64,000 bases of DNA from Polaromonas sp. (GTDB lineage: Bacteria; Pseudomonadota; Gammaproteobacteria; Burkholderiales; Burkholderiaceae_C). The notes under the pieces are model-generated. The model ran no database searches and was not told the origin of the DNA. It worked only from the letters and a program-made list of their open reading frames with translations. Made by a program: the position numbers and the translations under genes. Of this stretch, positions 59,808-64,000 are shown piece after piece; the first letter of the stretch is position 1, and every line of letters starts with the position of its first letter. The DNA lies in the NCBI GenBank assembly GCA_031417995.1, contig JANOWR010000093.1, positions 1,447-65,446 on the forward strand. Direction: 5' to 3'.

Positions 59808-59819
59808 TAGAAGCCACGA

Positions 59820-60575
59820 ATGGCTGGCTTACGCATTATTCCCAGGCTGGATGTCAAAGGCGACAACCTGATCAAGGGTATTCGCCTGGAAGGTTTGCGT
59901 GTGGTGGGTGATCCACATGCGTTTGCGCTGCGTTACTACGCGCAAGGTGCAGACGAAATCATCTTCATGGATATTGTGGCCAGTCTTTACCAGCGCAACA
60001 ACCTCACCAGCATCATTGCCAGAGCCGCAGATCAAATCTACATTCCCATCACGGTAGGGGGAGGTATCCGCTCCCTGAGTGACGTACACACGATGCTCAG
60101 GTCGGGTGCTGACAAAGTGGCCATCAACACCGCAGCCATTGCCCGGCCAGAGCTGATATCAGAAGTTTCCAACCGCTTTGGCTCGCAGTGCATGGTGCTG
60201 TCAGTTGAGGCCAAACGCACGGGCCCAAAAACCTGGGAAGCCTATACAGACAATGGCCGTGAACATACCGGACTGGATGTGATTGAGTGGATTGAGCGGG
60301 CTGTCAAACTGGGTGCGGGTGAAGTGCTGCTGACCGCGGTGGACCAGGAGGGCACCCGCAAAGGCCTGGACATAGAACTGATGCGCGCTGTCAATGCCAG
60401 GGTGTCTGTGCCGGTGATCGCCAGCGGCGGTTTTGGTGACCCACTGGATTTGAAGCGGGCCAGTGACGTAGGCACATCTGCTGTTGCGATTGCCGATGCA
60501 TTGCACTGGCAGCGCACCACTGTTGACGAGATCAAGTTGCAAGCCAGACAGCAGGGCCTGGAGGTACGCTTGTGA
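59820..60575 (+). CDS. hisF: HisF-like cyclase paralog (glycan amidination-associated)
   Basis: RIIPRLDVK, PITVGGGIRS, GADKVAINT, VIASGG. Confidence 0.85.
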   Translation: MAGLRIIPRLDVKGDNLIKGIRLEGLRVVGDPHAFALRYYAQGADEIIFMDIVASLYQRNNLTSIIARAADQIYIPITVGGGIRSLSDVHTMLRSGADKVAINTAAIARPELISEVSNRFGSQCMVLSVEAKRTGPKTWEAYTDNGREHTGLDVIEWIERAVKLGAGEVLLTAVDQEGTRKGLDIELMRAVNARVSVPVIASGGFGDPLDLKRASDVGTSAVAIADALHWQRTTVDEIKLQARQQGLEVRL

Positions 60576-61231
60576 CAGGGCTGAAATCTCAAGCTGTGAC
60601 TGTTATTGACTACGGGATCGGCAATCTTCTGAATGTTGTTCGCGCTTTCCAGCACTGTGGTGCTGAGGTAACTGTGGTGGACAACGCGGCCCAAGTAGCA
60701 GACCTGCCAGACAGGCTGGTGTTGCCAGGCGTGGGTGCCTTTGCCGATGGCATGCTTGAGCTGAAGGCGCGGGGTTTTGATGATCTGGTCAAGCGTTTTG
60801 CAATGACTGAGCGACCTTTTTTGGGTATTTGTGTGGGGGCGCAAATGCTCTTTGATGTGGGCGAAGAGTTTGGCGATCATGCCGGTCTGGGCTTGATTTC
60901 CGGACGCGTCATGCCCGTCCCTTCGGTGGATTTATCTGGGCATGCGCACCGTATTCCGCATATTGGCTGGAGTGCCCTTCATAAGCCTGAGAATCGCAGT
61001 TCATGGAAACACACCATCCTGGATCGCATTGAGCCATTAGAGCCCATGTATTTTGTTCATTCATTCGCCCCAGTACCGACCTATGAAGAACACCGTTTGG
61101 CAGATACCTATTACAACGGTGTGCGTATTTGCGCAGCTGTTGCCCGAGGGTCAATTTACGGCTGCCAGTTTCACCCGGAGCGTAGCGCGCAACATGGTCT
61201 GGACATTCTTACTGCATTTTTGGCGCTTTGA
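60572..61231 (+). CDS. hisH: HisH-like class I glutamine amidotransferase paralog
   Basis: IDYGIGNL, LPGVGAF, LGICVGAQ, QFHPERS. Confidence 0.85.
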   Translation: MTGLKSQAVTVIDYGIGNLLNVVRAFQHCGAEVTVVDNAAQVADLPDRLVLPGVGAFADGMLELKARGFDDLVKRFAMTERPFLGICVGAQMLFDVGEEFGDHAGLGLISGRVMPVPSVDLSGHAHRIPHIGWSALHKPENRSSWKHTILDRIEPLEPMYFVHSFAPVPTYEEHRLADTYYNGVRICAAVARGSIYGCQFHPERSAQHGLDILTAFLAL

Positions 61232-61287
61232 ATGTTTAGTTTGTAGTTGCTGCGAAATAAAGAGATGAATACAAAGCAGGTCCCGTC

Positions 61288-61977
61288 ATGAACATCATTA
61301 CCATTTGCGCCCGTGGTGGATCTGCTGGCGTACCTGGCAAAAATATTCGCCCACTATGCGGCAAGCCTCTGATTGGCTGGACGATTGAGCAGGCGCTTGC
61401 ATCAAAAGTAGCCGATGAGGTGTTTGTATCTACCGACAGCGAAGACATCGCGCGTGTTGCCCGCAGCTTTGGCGCGCAAGTCCCCTTTCTGCGCCCGGCC
61501 GAGCTGGCCACATCAACGGCGGGCAAGCTGCCAGTGATTCAGCATCTGGTGGAATGGGTTGAAGCCCAGCATGGCCCGGTTAATGCCATTGTTGACCTGG
61601 ACCCGACTTCTCCGCTGCGCGATATTGCTGACATTCAGGCCTGTTTTTCGATGCTGGACGCGGATACGGATGTGGTAATTACCGGCTATGAAGCAGATAA
61701 AAATCCCTACTTCAACATGGTTGAACTGAAAGCCAATGGTTTTTACGAGCGTGTTTGCTTGCCTGCCAGCGAAGTGCTGGGTCGCCAATCTGCCCCCAAG
61801 GTTTTTGCCATGAATGCATCCATTTATGTTTGGCACCGCCACAGCCTGTCATCATCACTTTGGAACACGCCCAAAATCAGGTTGCATGTGATGCCGCGTG
61901 AGCGCTCTGTTGATATTGATCACGAGATTGATTTCGACATGGTGGCGTTACTGATGAAAAAGAAAGGTCTTTCATGA
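61288..61977 (+). CDS. CMP-nonulosonate synthetase (NeuA/PtmB-like)
   Basis: ARGGSAGVPGKNIR, STDSEDI, PTSPLR, DIDHEIDF. Confidence 0.92.
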   Translation: MNIITICARGGSAGVPGKNIRPLCGKPLIGWTIEQALASKVADEVFVSTDSEDIARVARSFGAQVPFLRPAELATSTAGKLPVIQHLVEWVEAQHGPVNAIVDLDPTSPLRDIADIQACFSMLDADTDVVITGYEADKNPYFNMVELKANGFYERVCLPASEVLGRQSAPKVFAMNASIYVWHRHSLSSSLWNTPKIRLHVMPRERSVDIDHEIDFDMVALLMKKKGLS

Positions 61978-62780
61978 GTGATGTGATGGATAAAAAAGAT
62001 GCCTTCTCGCTTGACGGCAAAGTTGTGGTGCTTTCCGGTGCTGCGGGCATCATAGGCACGCAGGTTGTCAGGTCTTTTGTTGAAGCGGGTGCGCGCGTCT
62101 TTGCCATTGACCGCGATGCAGGTCTGCTTGCAGACCGCCTCGGCCCGGTGCATGAATCCCTGATCACTTGTGTGGCTGATGTTTCCAGGCGTGAATCTCT
62201 TGCGGCGGCGAACGCCTTGCTCACATCGCGCTGGGGCGAAGCTGATGGTCTGCTCAACAACGCCGCCACAAAATCTGAAAATTTCTTTGAGCCGTTTGAA
62301 ACCTTTCCGGTTGATGAGTGGAACGGGGTGATGTCGGTCAATTTGACCGGTGCCATGCTGTGTGCCCAGGTGTTTGGCAGCCCGATGGCAAAGCGTGGTC
62401 GCGGCAGCATCGTCAACACCTTGTCCATTTACGGCATCGTGGCCCCAGACCAGCGCATTTATGAGGGTTCTGAATACCTGGGCCGTGCCATCAATACACC
62501 TGCCATTTATGCGGCCAGCAAAGCTGGTTTATGGGGCCTGACCAAATACCTGGCTACCTATTGGGGGCACAAGGGTGTGCGTGTGAACGCTGTGACGCCA
62601 GGCGGCGTCTTCAGTGGGCAAAACGACACCTTTGTTGAAAACTACTCGCGCCGCACGCCGTTAGGGCGCATGGCTCAAACCGACGACATGGCCAATGCCA
62701 TGCGTTACCTGACCAGTGACGCCGCAAAATACATCACCGGGCACAACCTGGTGGTTGACGGTGGGTGGACGGCATGGTAA
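61974..62780 (+). CDS. SDR oxidoreductase (PtmA-like)
   Basis: SGAAGIIG, NNAA, YAASK, RVNAVTPGG; SIYG..APD..IY typical of glycan-cluster SDRs. Confidence 0.85.
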   Translation: MSDVMDKKDAFSLDGKVVVLSGAAGIIGTQVVRSFVEAGARVFAIDRDAGLLADRLGPVHESLITCVADVSRRESLAAANALLTSRWGEADGLLNNAATKSENFFEPFETFPVDEWNGVMSVNLTGAMLCAQVFGSPMAKRGRGSIVNTLSIYGIVAPDQRIYEGSEYLGRAINTPAIYAASKAGLWGLTKYLATYWGHKGVRVNAVTPGGVFSGQNDTFVENYSRRTPLGRMAQTDDMANAMRYLTSDAAKYITGHNLVVDGGWTAW

Positions 62781-63811
62781 GTAGTAGCTCTGTTTTTGTC
62801 ATTGCTGAAGCCGGTGTTAACCATAACGGTGACATCGCTATGGCTTTGCAGCTGTGTGATGCCGCTAAAAAAGCCGGTGCCGATGCCGTCAAGTTCCAGA
62901 CTTTTCGCGCTGAAGACCTGGTGGTGCGCGGTGCACCTACTGCCGAATATCAGGCACGCCAGACGGGCGAGCAAGATCAATTTGCAATGCTGGAGCGGCT
63001 GGAGTTGTCTGATGTACAGCACCTAAAAATCAAAGCACATTGCGACGCGATTGGTATTGAGTTTTTTTCCACGCCTTTTTCAGTTATTGCGGTAGACATG
63101 CTGGTCAAGCTGGGCGTCAAACGGCTGAAACTTTCATCGGGCGAGTTGACGCACCGCGCTCTGGTCGAACATGCGGCAGCCACCCAATTGCCTTTGCTCA
63201 TGTCTACCGGTATGGGGACGATGGACGAGATCATTGAGGCTGTGGCTTGGGCAAGTGCCGCGCGAGGGCACCTGCGTGACGTTGTTGTGATGCACTGCAC
63301 GTCTGCCTACCCGGCACCTGATAAAACGCTGAACCTGCTGGCCATGCAAAGCATGGCGCGCGATTTGAATGTCGCCATTGGTTATTCTGACCACAGCTTG
63401 GGCATTGAAGCGCCATTGGCCGCAGTTGCACTGGGTGCCAGCGTGATTGAAAAACATTTGACACTTGACCGGCATCTGCCTGGGCCTGATCACAGCGCAT
63501 CGCTGGAGCCTGATGAATTTACGCGCATGGTGGCGGGTATCCGGCGTGTCAGCGCCATGCTGGGTGATGGTGTCAAAGCGCCTTTGCCAGAAGAGCTGGA
63601 CACCGCGCGCGTTGCCAGGCGCAGCGTTGTGGCGGCGGTTGATATTGCAGCGGGCGATGTGATCACCGCGCGCATGCTGATGTGCCGTCGCCCTGCAACC
63701 GGTATAGCGCCGCGCGATTTGCAGCGCGTCATTGGCCAGGTGGCACGCGTGAGCTTCGCTGCGGGCTCAGTGCTGCAGTGGGACCAACTGATTGAACGGC
63801 CCGCAGTATGA
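62774..63811 (+). CDS. neuB: Nonulosonic acid synthase with C-terminal SAF domain
   Basis: IAEAGVNHNGD, ADAVKFQTF, HCTSAYP, GYSDHSLG, IEKHLTLD, PDHSASLEP. Confidence 0.92.
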   Translation: MVSSSSVFVIAEAGVNHNGDIAMALQLCDAAKKAGADAVKFQTFRAEDLVVRGAPTAEYQARQTGEQDQFAMLERLELSDVQHLKIKAHCDAIGIEFFSTPFSVIAVDMLVKLGVKRLKLSSGELTHRALVEHAAATQLPLLMSTGMGTMDEIIEAVAWASAARGHLRDVVVMHCTSAYPAPDKTLNLLAMQSMARDLNVAIGYSDHSLGIEAPLAAVALGASVIEKHLTLDRHLPGPDHSASLEPDEFTRMVAGIRRVSAMLGDGVKAPLPEELDTARVARRSVVAAVDIAAGDVITARMLMCRRPATGIAPRDLQRVIGQVARVSFAAGSVLQWDQLIERPAV

Positions 63812-64000
63812 GCGTCTCTGGCAGCCCTCTCCGTAAAATAATTTACCTCAGTGGCACGCGTGCCGACTTTGGCCTGATGAAGTCCACACTACAGCTGCTG
63901 GCCCCGATGGCCGACCTCCGTGTTGCTGTGACTGGCATGCACCTTGAACCCGGTTTTGGCCACACCATTGACGATATTCGGTCTGCTGGCTTGCGCATCT
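63808..64000 (+). CDS. neuC: Hydrolysing UDP/GDP-GlcNAc 2-epimerase, 3' truncated by window
   Basis: Translated by hand: RKIIYLSGTRADFGLM...VTGMHL...FGHT. Confidence 0.88.
   Translation, partial: MSVSGSPLRKIIYLSGTRADFGLMKSTLQLLAPMADLRVAVTGMHLEPGFGHTIDDIRSAGLRI

Noticed and set aside
59820-61231. hisF/hisH as histidine biosynthesis genes
   Set aside because: No other his genes; coupled to an N-acetyl sugar amidotransferase, the known glycan amidination arrangement.

Overview
Chromosomal segment of a Burkholderiales bacterium (gene content and order point to Comamonadaceae, Polaromonas/Rhodoferax-like; inferred, not searched). 0-17 kb is conserved core: fabD-fabG-acpP-fabF, rpoE-rseA-rseB-degQ, an intergenic DnaA-box array, then lepA-lepB-DUF4845-rnc-era-recO-pdxJ-acpS-nagZ. 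An osmoprotectant ABC cluster lacking its ATPase gene follows. Next is a 9.9 kb integrase-free island bracketed by 119-bp direct repeats (118/119 identical): type III-like res, ORF6N, mod, an NDT/DUF4406-like gene, a multi-TM gene and a RelE-like/UvrD fusion. 30-40 kb is mostly housekeeping (dusA, GSTs, serC-serA of an atypical type). 40.3-44.3 kb is a repeat-rich accessory patch with ORF6N, a Phd-PIN TA pair and an AbiEii-like pair. After lysS a surface-glycan cluster starts and runs off the window: MurJ-like flippase, sugar transferase, WbuX/HisF/HisH amidino set and a NeuA/SDR/NeuB/NeuC legionaminic-acid-like set. Embedded in it is a gcvPA-gcvPB-asnB-glnT(GmaS-like) cassette without gcvT/gcvH; this is the best candidate for an undescribed pathway (amino-acid-derived alkylamine, gamma-glutamyl carrier, transfer to a glycan). 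A dispersed ~60-70 bp repeat family occurs at least 9 times, twice in-frame inside fabD and rseB. No CRISPR, rRNA or tRNA was recognised.
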